Source of the DNA: Trueperaceae bacterium
GTDB lineage: Bacteria > Deinococcota > Deinococci > Deinococcales > Trueperaceae
DNA: 64,000 nt
Direction: 5' to 3'
Assembly (NCBI GenBank): GCA_965215565.1
Contig: CBDCDZ010000004.1
Coordinates: 96,001-160,000 of the forward strand
The position numbers and the translations under genes are program-made. Shown in pieces: positions 29,816 to 41,031 of this stretch (its first letter is position 1; each line of letters opens with the position of its first letter). A model generated the notes under the pieces. It ran no database searches. It worked only from the letters and a program-made list of their open reading frames with translations, and had not been told where the DNA came from.

Positions 29816-29885
29816 GTAGGTCTCCAAACCCGACGAATGCGCGAAGCTGCCGATGGGAAACCCAGAGTCGAAGAGTTGGAGGAGG
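29816..29885 (-). repeat. Exact 70-bp duplicate of the ureF 5' coding region (29020-29089)
   Basis: Base-by-base identity. Confidence 0.95.
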
Positions 29886-29894
29886 CGGAGGGTA

Positions 29895-30341
29895 TCAGTG
29901 GCTATGCTCCCCCGGCGGCTTCCCTCTAAACGGTCTTTGAGTGCGCTCAGCATGTAAGCCCTCTTTCTCCAACCGCTTCTCTAAAGGCATATTCCAGAGC
30001 GCAATCACCTGACCCGCTTGAACGTCGATATCGCGGTGCAAGTTGCCGATCAAGTGACCGACGAAGGCGGCTTGTTCAATATTCTCAGGCGTCACCACGA
30101 GCACCTCTTCGGGCGCGGCGGTGACGACGTAGGCTTTATCTCCCTCTACGTGCAGGGCGTGACCGACGTGTAAGGTGGTGCCGGTGGGTAGCTCGAGCGC
30201 AAATTCTTGCCCGTCACTCGCTGTGAGCCTGCGCCGCACCCGCTGGCGGTCTTCGCTGGTCATGGGGAGTTCGACGACTTCGTAATCATCGAAATGATGG
30301 AGGTGCGGCAGGGTTTGAATGCGAATCAGCGTGTCTTGCAT
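29895..30341 (-). CDS. ureE: Urease accessory protein UreE
   Basis: DRQRVRRR, HLIGNLH, C-terminal EHSH; position in cluster. Confidence 0.9.
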   Translation of the reverse strand: MQDTLIRIQTLPHLHHFDDYEVVELPMTSEDRQRVRRRLTASDGQEFALELPTGTTLHVGHALHVEGDKAYVVTAAPEEVLVVTPENIEQAAFVGHLIGNLHRDIDVQAGQVIALWNMPLEKRLEKEGLHAERTQRPFRGKPPGEHSH

Positions 30342-30359
30342 AAATCAACTCCTCTAGCA

Positions 30360-30381
30360 AACAAGGGGTTTCAACCCCTTG
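30360..30381. repeat. REP-like palindrome CAAGGGGTTTCAACCCCTTG (also ~36410-36432)
   Basis: Two near-identical intergenic hairpins. Confidence 0.55.
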
Positions 30382-30382
30382 C

Positions 30383-32100
<1,718 letters not shown>

Positions 32101-32104
<4 letters not shown>

Positions 32105-32481
32105 TTGTCGGCTCCCGTATCAACCTCTTGATAGCCCTGCGCTTTCGCCTCTCTTAAAGCGTCGGCTTGGTTGGGTCCTAGCCCCCCATTCACCAGCGCA
32201 TTCATCCCGTAAACCTCTCGCTTTCCACCAAACGCCGCGAGCGTTACCTCACGCCCTTCGCCCGGCTCGAAGCGCAGGGCGGTCCCGGCCGGGACGTCGA
32301 GGTGAAAGCCGTACGCCGCCTTCCGCTCGAAGCGGAGCGCCTTATTCACCTCGAAAAAGTGCGTGTGCGAGCCGACCTGAATCGGCCTGTCGCCGGTGTT
32401 GTCCACGCGCAGCGTCACGGTTTCGCGTCCTGCGTTTAGCTCGAGTTCCCCTTCATCTACAAGCAGTTCACCTGGAATCAT
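32101..32481 (-). CDS. ureB: Urease beta subunit
   Basis: [28 protein letters not shown]. Confidence 0.97.
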
Positions 32482-32544
32482 TCCAACTCCTTTTTGGACT
32501 GAAATAAGTTCGTCGGACCGTTGAGAGACAGTGACTTTTTGTAA

Positions 32545-32625
32545 GCAATGAGTTGAAAGCAATGAGCAATGAGTGAAAACCAAAAGCCTTTAGACTCATT
32601 GCTCATTGCTCGTTACTCATTGCTT
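32545..32625. repeat. Heptamer-based hairpin repeat (copy 2)
   Basis: (GCAATGA)n ... (CTCATTG)n inverted arrays. Confidence 0.7.
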
Positions 32626-32926
32626 ACCTGATCGGGTCGTGAATCGTCACAAGCTTGGTACCGTCTGGGAACGTTCCTTCTATCTGAATGTCAGGGATCA
32701 TCTCGGGTACACCCGCCATCACATCGTCACACGCTAAGATAGTAGCGCCGTAGCTCATCAGCTCAGAAACACTCTTTCCGTCGCGGACGCCCTCCAAAAC
32801 TTCAGCGGTGATGAGTGCTACGGCCTCAGGGTGGTTGAGCTTGAGGCCCCGCTCCTTGCGGCGGCGTGCCACCTCTGCGGCGGTGAAGATAAGGAGTTTG
32901 TCCCGTTCTCGTTCGGTGAGTCGCAC
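32624..32926 (-). CDS. ureA: Urease gamma subunit
   Basis: [40 protein letters not shown]. Confidence 0.97.
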   Translation of the reverse strand: MRLTERERDKLLIFTAAEVARRRKERGLKLNHPEAVALITAEVLEGVRDGKSVSELMSYGATILACDDVMAGVPEMIPDIQIEGTFPDGTKLVTIHDPIR

Positions 32927-32965
32927 GCGCGTGACCTCCACTCTGTCCTGCTGCTCGCACAGGTC

Positions 32966-33027
32966 AGTTATAACATCAGACTGAAAAAGGCGTGGCACAA
33001 AGTGAGGGCGTTCGAAGTTACGCTCAT
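32966..33027 (-). promoter_or_regulatory. Promoter-like element shared with 5028-5087
   Basis: 46/51 identity; TGTTATAAC extended -10-like sequence. Confidence 0.6.
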
Positions 33028-33053
33028 AGTTCTACGTCCGCACGTTCTATTTT

Positions 33054-33328
33054 CAGCAGTTCCACTTATCGTTGCTTGAGTGCAACTATGCGAAGCAACA
33101 CTTCTCCGCAGATTTCACAGCTTTGCTGTAACGGAACTTCATCCCTGAACGTGCGTGCTAGGCGATGTTCTTTTTAGTGAGAGCGTCTCTTCGCTTACGA
33201 AGTTTCCCTTTCGCCTTTAAAAGCGAACGGTTTTCAACCGTAACCTGTGCGAAAACGGCGTAACCGGGAATGGCTTCGCCCAAGCTGACCAGCTCCGAGC
33301 TTTGCGAGACAGACTTTGATACCTGCTA
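33054..33328 (-). mobile_element. MITE-like family A copy, most expanded (275 bp)
   Basis: Family A ends with several nested inserts. Confidence 0.72.
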
Positions 33329-33380
33329 TTTATAGCGTCATCTCCGAGTATGATAAAGCACCTGATAAGCAAGGAGCCTC

Positions 33381-34823
33381 ATGTCTTTTTCTTTCGCTCA
33401 ACTGTTGGCAACATTGCGGGTCGCCGACCTTATCGATGTCGCGCTCGTCGCCGCCTTTTTATACGGTCTCTTTAGCTGGCTGCGGCGGAGCACCTCGCAA
33501 GCAGCCTCACGACGTCTCGCCGCAGTCGTCGTCATCCTCGGCGCGCTCTACCTACTCGCGAGCCTCTTCGAACTATTTTTGGTCGAGAGCCTTCTGCGGG
33601 GGCTCTTGCTCGTTTCGCTGGTCGCTGCCGTCGTTGTCTTTCAGGCGGAAATCCGCCGCCTGCTCGCGCAGCTCGGCTCCTTTAACCCCTTCGCCTCGTC
33701 TACTAATCCAGGCGAAACAACCATCGATCAACTTGTTGAGGCGTCCGCTCACCTAGCTGCAGCTAAGACCGGCGCGCTCATCGCCCTTAAAGGCCAGGAA
33801 CCATGGGACGACCTCATCCAGGGCGGCGTGACTCTGGACGCTCTAGTAAGCGAGCCGCTCCTCTACAGCCTTTTCAACCCCGAGACGGCGGGGCATGACG
33901 GCGCGGTGCTCATGGAGGGGCAGCGCCTCATCCGTTTTGCGGCGCATCTACCGCTCGCGACTGACCTGCCCGACGAGAGTCGCTTCGGCGGCACGAGGCA
34001 CGCCGCGGCGCTCGGTCTGAGCGAGAACTGCGACGCGCTCGTCATCGTCGTGTCCGAAGAGCGCGGCGTCATGAGCGTGGCTCAGGGAAGTGAGCTTACT
34101 GAACTGGGCTCAGCCAGCGAGCTTAAAGAAAGGGTAGAGGCGTTCTGGCAGCACCGCACCTCAGCCGAGCACTCAAAATGGCAGCGGTGGAGGCCGAGGC
34201 TGCAGACGGCCTCGCTCTCGCTCGGCTCTGCCCTCTTGCTCTGGCTTTTCTTCGCCTACAGCCCGGACACGGTCTCCCGGACGCTCAGCGTCCCCGTCGA
34301 ATTTCGCAACCTACCCGAAGACTGGGTGCTCACTAACCTCGCTCCCGAGACGGTCCAAGCGACCCTCATAGGCTCGGAGCGGAGCTTCGCGCTGATGGAC
34401 CGAGAGGTGCTCGCGGTATCGTTCGACCTCACCGCGCCGCGCGAAGGCTCGCAGAGCTTCGCCGTCGGAGAGGACCGTCTCGAGCTACCTACGGGCCTGC
34501 GGCTCAACAGCGTGAGCCCGCAGCAGGTGCGCGTGGAAGCGCATCAGCTTGTAAGGGCTGAGGTGCCCGTCGAGGTGCCGACTGTCGGGTCGTTGCCCGA
34601 GTCGTTGGGGGTAGCGGACATACGGACGAATCCCGACACCGTCACCTTGCTCGTGCCCATGAGAGAAGCGGAAAGCCCTCAGCGAGTGCTCACCGAGCCG
34701 CTCGACCTGCGCGAGGTGAGGCGTGACTTGAGCGTCAGACGTCTGCTCGTCTTGCCGCCAGGCTGGTATTTGCCAGAGGATCAGGGCTCAGAGGTCGAGG
34801 TGAGCGTGCGTATACAGGAGTAG
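33381..34823 (+). CDS. Diadenylate cyclase (CdaA-like) fused to YbbR (CdaR-like) domains
   Basis: 3 TM helices, VVFQAEIRR, HDGAV, GTRHAAA, VSEERG; further TM and YbbR-like C-terminus. Confidence 0.87.
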   Translation: MSFSFAQLLATLRVADLIDVALVAAFLYGLFSWLRRSTSQAASRRLAAVVVILGALYLLASLFELFLVESLLRGLLLVSLVAAVVVFQAEIRRLLAQLGSFNPFASSTNPGETTIDQLVEASAHLAAAKTGALIALKGQEPWDDLIQGGVTLDALVSEPLLYSLFNPETAGHDGAVLMEGQRLIRFAAHLPLATDLPDESRFGGTRHAAALGLSENCDALVIVVSEERGVMSVAQGSELTELGSASELKERVEAFWQHRTSAEHSKWQRWRPRLQTASLSLGSALLLWLFFAYSPDTVSRTLSVPVEFRNLPEDWVLTNLAPETVQATLIGSERSFALMDREVLAVSFDLTAPREGSQSFAVGEDRLELPTGLRLNSVSPQQVRVEAHQLVRAEVPVEVPTVGSLPESLGVADIRTNPDTVTLLVPMREAESPQRVLTEPLDLREVRRDLSVRRLLVLPPGWYLPEDQGSEVEVSVRIQE

Positions 34824-34829
34824 AACGAT

Positions 34830-34961
34830 TAGCAGGTATCATCTGGTCAGAGACACTCGCACTTTGTAAAACGATGTTTCCTGCGGAAAACTGCGTAACT
34901 AGCACGCACTTCAAGGGATGATATCTGCGCTCAACTGTCTCAATATGTTGTGGAACTGCTA
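34830..34961 (+). mobile_element. MITE-like family A copy
   Basis: TAGCAGGTATCATCTGG...GGAACTGCTA. Confidence 0.8.
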
Positions 34962-35000
34962 GATATATCTGCTTGACCACATGACCCGTTATGATGCCTT

Positions 35001-36305
35001 ATGGAGCGTGAGAACATAGGGCGCAAGAGGCAAGAGGCTATTTACATCGGCGGGGTGGCGGGCGATAAGCCCTCTGTACCCGTTGACGTGGCGAAGCTCG
35101 AGGCGGCCGCCCGCCGCAAGATGAGCGCCGAGGGCTACGCCTACGTCGCGGGTGGCGCGGGCACAGAGAGCACCGTGTCGGAGAACCGCCGGGCGTTTGA
35201 GCGCTGGCGCGTCGTGCCCAGGATGCTCAGGGGCGTGGGGGAGCGCGACACCTCGGTGGAGCTTTTCGGTCATACACTGCCGAGCCCCTTTCTGCTCGCG
35301 CCGATAGGCGTTTTAGAGATGGCCCACAAGGAGGCTGATCTCGCCGTTTCCAGAGCCGCCGCCGCCGAAAACGTCCCCTTCATCTTCTCCAATCAAGCCT
35401 CCGTGCCGATGGAGCGGTGCGCCGAGGCGATGGACGAGGTGACGGACAAAATGATGGATAGTGGCGTCGGCGGGGCCCCGCGTTGGTTCCAGCTCTACTA
35501 CAGCCGCAGCACCGACCTGGTTTTGAGCTTCGTAAGGCGCGCTGAAGCCTGCGGCTGCGCGGCTATCGTCGTCACCCTCGACACGACGCTGCTCGGCTGG
35601 CGCACCCGTGACCTCGACCTCGCCTACCTACCCTTTTTGCGCGGCAAGGGAATCGCGCAGTACACGAGCGATCCCGTGTTTGCACAGCTACTCGAACAAG
35701 CGCCGCCAGCGCAGCGTAGAGGTAGGGTCACTCTCGCCTCCATCCGCGCACTCTGGCAGATGATGAGGGCGCACCCCGGCTCGTTTCGTGACAACGTGCG
35801 CTCCGGGAGGCCCGTCTCCGCCGTGCAGCACTTTATCCAAGGCTACTCCAAACCCTCGCTCGATTGGGACGACGTCGCCTTTCTGCGCGAACAGACTGAG
35901 TTACCTATCCTGCTCAAAGGCGTGCTGCACCCAGGCGACGCGAAAAAGGCGCTCGAGTACGGCGTCGACGGGCTCATCGTCTCCAACCACGGCGGACGGC
36001 AAGTTGACGGAGCCATCGCCGCTCTAGACGCGCTACCCAAAATCGCTGAGGTTGTCCAAGGCCGCGTCCCGGTGTTGATGGATAGCGGCGTTCGCGGTGG
36101 CGCGGACCTCTTCAAAGCGCTCGCACTAGGCGCGACAGCCGTCTGCTTAGGGCGTCCTTACGTCTACGGACTAGCGGTGGCGGGCGAGCGGGGCGTGCGC
36201 GAGGTGATTCAAAACCTCAAGGCGGACTTCGATCTGACGCTGGGCTTAGCGGGCTGCAGAAGCGTGCGGGAGATAGACCGGGGCAGCCTCTCGGCTAGGA
36301 CGTAG
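35001..36305 (+). CDS. FMN-dependent alpha-hydroxy-acid oxidase (lactate 2-monooxygenase-like)
   Basis: [21 protein letters not shown]. Confidence 0.92.
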   Translation: MERENIGRKRQEAIYIGGVAGDKPSVPVDVAKLEAAARRKMSAEGYAYVAGGAGTESTVSENRRAFERWRVVPRMLRGVGERDTSVELFGHTLPSPFLLAPIGVLEMAHKEADLAVSRAAAAENVPFIFSNQASVPMERCAEAMDEVTDKMMDSGVGGAPRWFQLYYSRSTDLVLSFVRRAEACGCAAIVVTLDTTLLGWRTRDLDLAYLPFLRGKGIAQYTSDPVFAQLLEQAPPAQRRGRVTLASIRALWQMMRAHPGSFRDNVRSGRPVSAVQHFIQGYSKPSLDWDDVAFLREQTELPILLKGVLHPGDAKKALEYGVDGLIVSNHGGRQVDGAIAALDALPKIAEVVQGRVPVLMDSGVRGGADLFKALALGATAVCLGRPYVYGLAVAGERGVREVIQNLKADFDLTLGLAGCRSVREIDRGSLSART

Positions 36306-36533
36306 CCTTCTCCGGTCGGGCAACGACTAGGGTTGGCGGTCGCGGATAGATAGAAGTCATGCGCCTCGTGAGCGGACTCCAATTCCCGCTAGCAAACGAG
36401 GGGTTGCAAACAAGGGGTTGCAACCCCTTGTTTTAGTGAGCATTTCAGAGGAAGCTGCTATAGGGGCGGCTCTCTTCACCTCTTGACGCCCATCTCCTAA
36501 CGCCGCCTCGAGTTTCTGCTACGCTGCGGTATA

Positions 36534-36645
36534 TAGCAAGTATCATTTGGTTTGGGCCAATCTGAGAAGAGAAAACACGCTTTAGCACGCACTTAATTGT
36601 GATGATACTTGCGTGATTCAAGCTCAGTACTTATGTTAATTGCTA
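36534..36645 (+). mobile_element. MITE-like family A copy, divergent with compensatory changes
   Basis: TAGCAAGTATCAT...ATGATACTTGC...TTGCTA. Confidence 0.75.
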
Positions 36646-36670
36646 TAGAGAAAAGAATTGGGGCGAGGCT

Positions 36671-39600
36671 GTGTCAGATAAAACCGGGGCGGATAAAACC
36701 GGGTCAGAAGAAGCTAGGTTAGATAAAACTGGGGTGGATCAAACCGAGCCAGACCAGCGTGAGTCGGAGGATGAAACGAACGCCCAGCCGGGCACCTCTT
36801 CAGATTCATCGCTGAGCATCGTCGGGCTAGGCGCGTCGGCGGGCGGCTTGAGGGCGTTGCAGCGCTTCTTTGAGCGCACGCCCGCGCAAAGCGGGCTCGC
36901 CTTCGTCGTCGTGATGCACCTCTCGCCCGAGCACGAGAGCCACCTGGCCTCCCTCTTGGAGGGACACACCGACATGACGGTCGTGCAGGTGAGTGAGACA
37001 CTGCCTATGGAAGCCGAGCACGTCTACGTGATCCCGCCGAACCGCAACCTCTCGGCCATCGACACGCACCTGCGCTTAGACCCCCTGGAGAACGAGCGGC
37101 GGCAGCGTGCGCCCATCGATCACTTTTTCAGGACCCTCGCCCGGATGCACGGGGAGCGAGCCGTCGCCGTGATCTTGTCCGGCACGGGTTCAGACGGCGC
37201 GGTAGGGTTGGGGCGCATCAAGGAGGCTGGGGGGCTCGCTGTGGCGCAAGACCCCAAGGAAGCCGAGTACGACAGTATGCCGCGGAGCGCCATCGCGACG
37301 GGGCAAGTCGACCTCGTTTTGAAGGTCGAGGCGATGCCGGAGCGAATCGTGCGCTACATCAGGGAGCGGCGCGAGTTGCGGCTTCCCGAGCGTGACGAGT
37401 CCTTAGAGCAAGATGACCTCGAGGTGTTGGGGCGCATCCTCGCGCAGCTTCGCGCCCAGACCTCCCACGACTTCTCGCAGTACAAGCGCTCCACGCTCCT
37501 GCGCCGCATCACCCGCCGGATGCAGCTTCACCACCTGGCGCGGCTGCCGGACTACCTGGAGCGGTTGCGCGCCGACCCCGAAGAGGTCGCGCTGCTCCAC
37601 CGCGACTTGCTCATCACCGTCACCAACTTCTTCAGGGACGAAGAGGCGTTTGAAGCTTTGGAGCAGCACATCGCTACGCTCTTTGAGGGCAAGGGTCCCG
37701 GCGACAGCGTGCGGGTCTGGAGCGTCGGCTGCGCGACCGGGGAGGAGGCGTACAGCCTCGCCATCTTACTCCTCGAGCACGCCCACCGACTCTCCGCGCC
37801 GCCCGAGGTGCAACTCTTCGCCACCGACGTTCACCCGGACGCGCTCACGCGGGCCCGCGAGGGGATGTTCCCCAAGGGGATTGCGAGCGATGTCGGCGAG
37901 GCGCGGCTGCGGGAGTTCTTCGTGGAGGAGTCGGGCGGCTACCGCATCAGCCAAGCGGTGCGCGAAAGGGTGGTCTTCGCGCCGCACAACCTCCTCTCCG
38001 ACCCGCCCTTCGCCCACCTCGACCTGGTGGTGTGCCGCAACGTGCTCATCTACCTCAAACGCGAGGTGCAGCGCAAGGTCTTCGAGCTGTTCCACTACGC
38101 GCTCCGCGAAAACGGCACGCTCTTTTTGGGCACGTCGGAAACCGCCGACGACGCGCTCTTTGACATGGTGAGCAAGCCGCACCACCTCTACCGGCGCAAG
38201 GACAAGCGCGTGGGGTTGCATCTGCCTCAGCTCCCCCTCTCGCCGTCTATGGCGAAACCGTCGGGAACGCGCAAGGGCGAGGAGGGCGCGGCGCATGTGC
38301 CTTCTGGCGGTGCGTCCTCCAGGGGTGCCTCCTACGGGGCGCAGCACGCCCGCGCCGCCGAGCGCTACGCCCCGCCCAGCGTGCTGATCGGCGAAGACCA
38401 CGACATCCTGCACTTTTCTGAACACGCTGGGCGCTACCTCTTGCAGCCCGGCGGCGACCCCACCGACAACCTGCATAGGCGCATCCGCGCTGAGCTGCGC
38501 GACGCACTCCGCGCCGCGCTGCAAGCAGCCGAGGCGCGGACAGATAGAGACAAAGCAGCTCGGGGCAAAACGGCTCGAGACAAAACGGTGCGCAGTCGCC
38601 CGGTGACGCTCCGCATCGAGGGCGAGACGCGGCAAGTCGCCCTGCAAGCCTCACGTACCCAAGACGACGACCTTCAAAAAGCCACCCTCATCCTGTTTCA
38701 CGAGTGGGAGCCCGAGGGAGACGCGGAGAGCGTGTCAGAGACCGGCTCCAACGCTGCTGATCCGGTAGTCGAACGGCTCGAGGCGGACGTTGCCGGGCTC
38801 CGCGAGCGGCTCCGCGCCGCCACCAGCGAGTACGAGACCTCGCGTGAAGAGATGAAAGCGAGCAACGAAGAGCTGCAGTCGATGAACGAAGAACTGCGCT
38901 CCACCGCCGAAGAGTTGGAGACCTCCAAGGAGGAGCTGCAGTCCATCAATGAAGAACTCGCCACCTTGAATCAGGAGAACCGGCACAAGGTCGAGGAGCT
39001 GTCGCAGCTCACGGGCGATCTGCAAAACCTGCTCGCTGCCACCGATATCGCCACACTCTTTTTAGACCGCAAGCTGCGCATCCGCCGCTTCACGCCCAAG
39101 GTGGGCGAACTGTTCAGCATCCGCGCAGGCGACGTGGGCAGACCGCTCGCGGACCTCACCCACCGGCTCGGTTACGAGGCGCTCATCGCCGACGCCGAGG
39201 TGGTGCTCCGCACGCTGCAGCCCCTGGAGCGTGAGGTCAGGGGGACGGGGACGGACGCGGTGGAGGATACGCCCTGGTATCTCACGCGCATGTTGCCCTA
39301 CCGCACGCCCGAAGACCGCATCGACGGGGTGGTCCTGACCTTCGTCGAGATCACCCGCTTGAAGCGTGTGGAAGAGACGCTGCGCCGGAGCGAGGAGCGC
39401 TACCGGCTGCTCATCGAGAGCGTGAGCGAATACGCCATTTTCACCACCGACGAGCGCGGCGAAGTCACCACCTGGAACACGGGTGCGGAAAGGCTCCTCG
39501 GCTACACCGAGGAGGAAGCGGTAGGCAGGAACGCCGAGCTTATCTTCACCGAGGAGGACCGGGCGGCGGGCGTGTCCCGGCGAGAGTTGGAACGTGCGGC

Positions 39601-40516
39601 GGAAGAGGGCCAAGCGACGGACGAGCGCTGGCACCGCCGCGAGGACGGGTCGCGCTTCTGGGCGAGCGGCGTCACCACGCCGCTCTGGGGACCGGACGCG
39701 GAGCTGCGCGGTTTCGCCAAGGTGATGCGCGACAACACCCGGCGCAAGAGAGCTGAGGAGGAGCGCGAGGGCTTACTGAACGAACTCGCTGACGAGAGAG
39801 AAGAGCTGAGAAAGCTGACCGAGACGCTCGAGTCCCGCGTGACGGAGCGCACGGCTGAGGTGCGCAAGCTCGCGGCCCAGCTCACCCTGGCTGAGGGGCT
39901 CGAGCGCAACCGCGTCGCGCAGGCCCTGCACGACGAACTGCAGCAGCAACTCGTCGCCATCCAGTTCCCGTTGAGCAGCCTGCGCAAGCGGGTGACGGGC
40001 GAGGACGCCGAAGGATTAAAAGAGGTGTCCGAGTTGCTGAAAGGAGCCATCACGACGACCCGCCAAGTGACGAGCGATCTGAGCCCGCCCGTGCTGCGCG
40101 GCGAAGGGCTCGTCGAGGCGCTGCGCTGGCTCACCCGCCGCTTGGAGGAGCGCTTCGGCTTGCGCGTCTCTCTGGAGGCCGAGGGTGAGACCAGCGTGCG
40201 GGGCGAGGCGGTGCGGGCGCTGCTCTTCTCGCTCGTGCGCGAACTGCTTTTCAACGTCGCCAAGCACGCGGATATCGGCCACGCAACCGTCACCGTGCGC
40301 GAAACGGCGGACGTGCTCACGCTCACCGTCGCCGACGGAGGCAAGGGTTTTGACCTCGCGGTGCTGGACGTTGACGGAGACGGCACCGGCTTAGGGCTCA
40401 GGAGCGCCCGCGAAAGGTTGAGGCTCTTCGGCGGCGACATTGAAATTGTGAGTCAGCCCGGCGACGGTACACACGTCACTATCACCGTGCCCGTCTCAGC
40501 GCTTACACTGGACTAA
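36671..40516 (+). CDS. CheB-CheR-PAS-histidine kinase fusion
   Basis: GASAGG/HLSP/GTGSDG (CheB); ITVTNFFRD, GCATGEE, CRNVLIY (CheR); coiled coil; PAS; LHDELQQ and HATPase boxes. Confidence 0.93.
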   Translation: MSDKTGADKTGSEEARLDKTGVDQTEPDQRESEDETNAQPGTSSDSSLSIVGLGASAGGLRALQRFFERTPAQSGLAFVVVMHLSPEHESHLASLLEGHTDMTVVQVSETLPMEAEHVYVIPPNRNLSAIDTHLRLDPLENERRQRAPIDHFFRTLARMHGERAVAVILSGTGSDGAVGLGRIKEAGGLAVAQDPKEAEYDSMPRSAIATGQVDLVLKVEAMPERIVRYIRERRELRLPERDESLEQDDLEVLGRILAQLRAQTSHDFSQYKRSTLLRRITRRMQLHHLARLPDYLERLRADPEEVALLHRDLLITVTNFFRDEEAFEALEQHIATLFEGKGPGDSVRVWSVGCATGEEAYSLAILLLEHAHRLSAPPEVQLFATDVHPDALTRAREGMFPKGIASDVGEARLREFFVEESGGYRISQAVRERVVFAPHNLLSDPPFAHLDLVVCRNVLIYLKREVQRKVFELFHYALRENGTLFLGTSETADDALFDMVSKPHHLYRRKDKRVGLHLPQLPLSPSMAKPSGTRKGEEGAAHVPSGGASSRGASYGAQHARAAERYAPPSVLIGEDHDILHFSEHAGRYLLQPGGDPTDNLHRRIRAELRDALRAALQAAEARTDRDKAARGKTARDKTVRSRPVTLRIEGETRQVALQASRTQDDDLQKATLILFHEWEPEGDAESVSETGSNAADPVVERLEADVAGLRERLRAATSEYETSREEMKASNEELQSMNEELRSTAEELETSKEELQSINEELATLNQENRHKVEELSQLTGDLQNLLAATDIATLFLDRKLRIRRFTPKVGELFSIRAGDVGRPLADLTHRLGYEALIADAEVVLRTLQPLEREVRGTGTDAVEDTPWYLTRMLPYRTPEDRIDGVVLTFVEITRLKRVEETLRRSEERYRLLIESVSEYAIFTTDERGEVTTWNTGAERLLGYTEEEAVGRNAELIFTEEDRAAGVSRRELERAAEEGQATDERWHRREDGSRFWASGVTTPLWGPDAELRGFAKVMRDNTRRKRAEEEREGLLNELADEREELRKLTETLESRVTERTAEVRKLAAQLTLAEGLERNRVAQALHDELQQQLVAIQFPLSSLRKRVTGEDAEGLKEVSELLKGAITTTRQVTSDLSPPVLRGEGLVEALRWLTRRLEERFGLRVSLEAEGETSVRGEAVRALLFSLVRELLFNVAKHADIGHATVTVRETADVLTLTVADGGKGFDLAVLDVDGDGTGLGLRSARERLRLFGGDIEIVSQPGDGTHVTITVPVSALTLD

Positions 40517-40561
40517 CTTAGGAGCGTCGAAACACACCATACGACTCTTTTGGGGGGACGT

Positions 40562-40966
40562 ATGAACGACTCAACCATCTTTATTTTAGAAGACCACGAC
40601 CTCATACGGCGGATGCTGCGCAGGCTCTTAGAAGAGGACGGTTTAACCGTTCTCGGTGAGGCTGCCTCCGCCGAGGACGCCCTGCGCGCGCCCGAACTCA
40701 GGCGCGCCGCGCTCGTGCTCGTCGACCTCTCGCTGCCCGGCATGAGCGGCTTGGACTTCATCCGCTCACCGCGCACCGAAGCGAGCCGCTGCTTGGTGGT
40801 CTCGGCTCACACCGAGCCCTTCTACGCTCAAGCCGCTTGTCAAGCGGGCGCGGCCGGGTTCGTGGCAAAAGACGACCCGGACGCCATCTTAGCGGCGGTG
40901 CGCCGCGCGTTGGAAGCTGGGGCACATAGCGCGAACGGCTCACACGGCGTCCACCGGCTGACCTAA
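40562..40966 (+). CDS. Stand-alone response regulator receiver
   Basis: LEDH, VDLSLPGMSG, FVAK; no output domain. Confidence 0.85.
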   Translation: MNDSTIFILEDHDLIRRMLRRLLEEDGLTVLGEAASAEDALRAPELRRAALVLVDLSLPGMSGLDFIRSPRTEASRCLVVSAHTEPFYAQAACQAGAAGFVAKDDPDAILAAVRRALEAGAHSANGSHGVHRLT

Positions 40967-41031
40967 AGTCGGTGTTCTGGTCCCACACCTCGAGCACTAT
41001 CTTGTGTACGCGCGTCCTATACACTTAGACC

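Noticed and set aside
29762..29953. 63-aa ORF containing a UreF-like N-terminus as a separate gene
   Set aside because: Product of the 70-bp duplication read through from within ureE; no RBS/start
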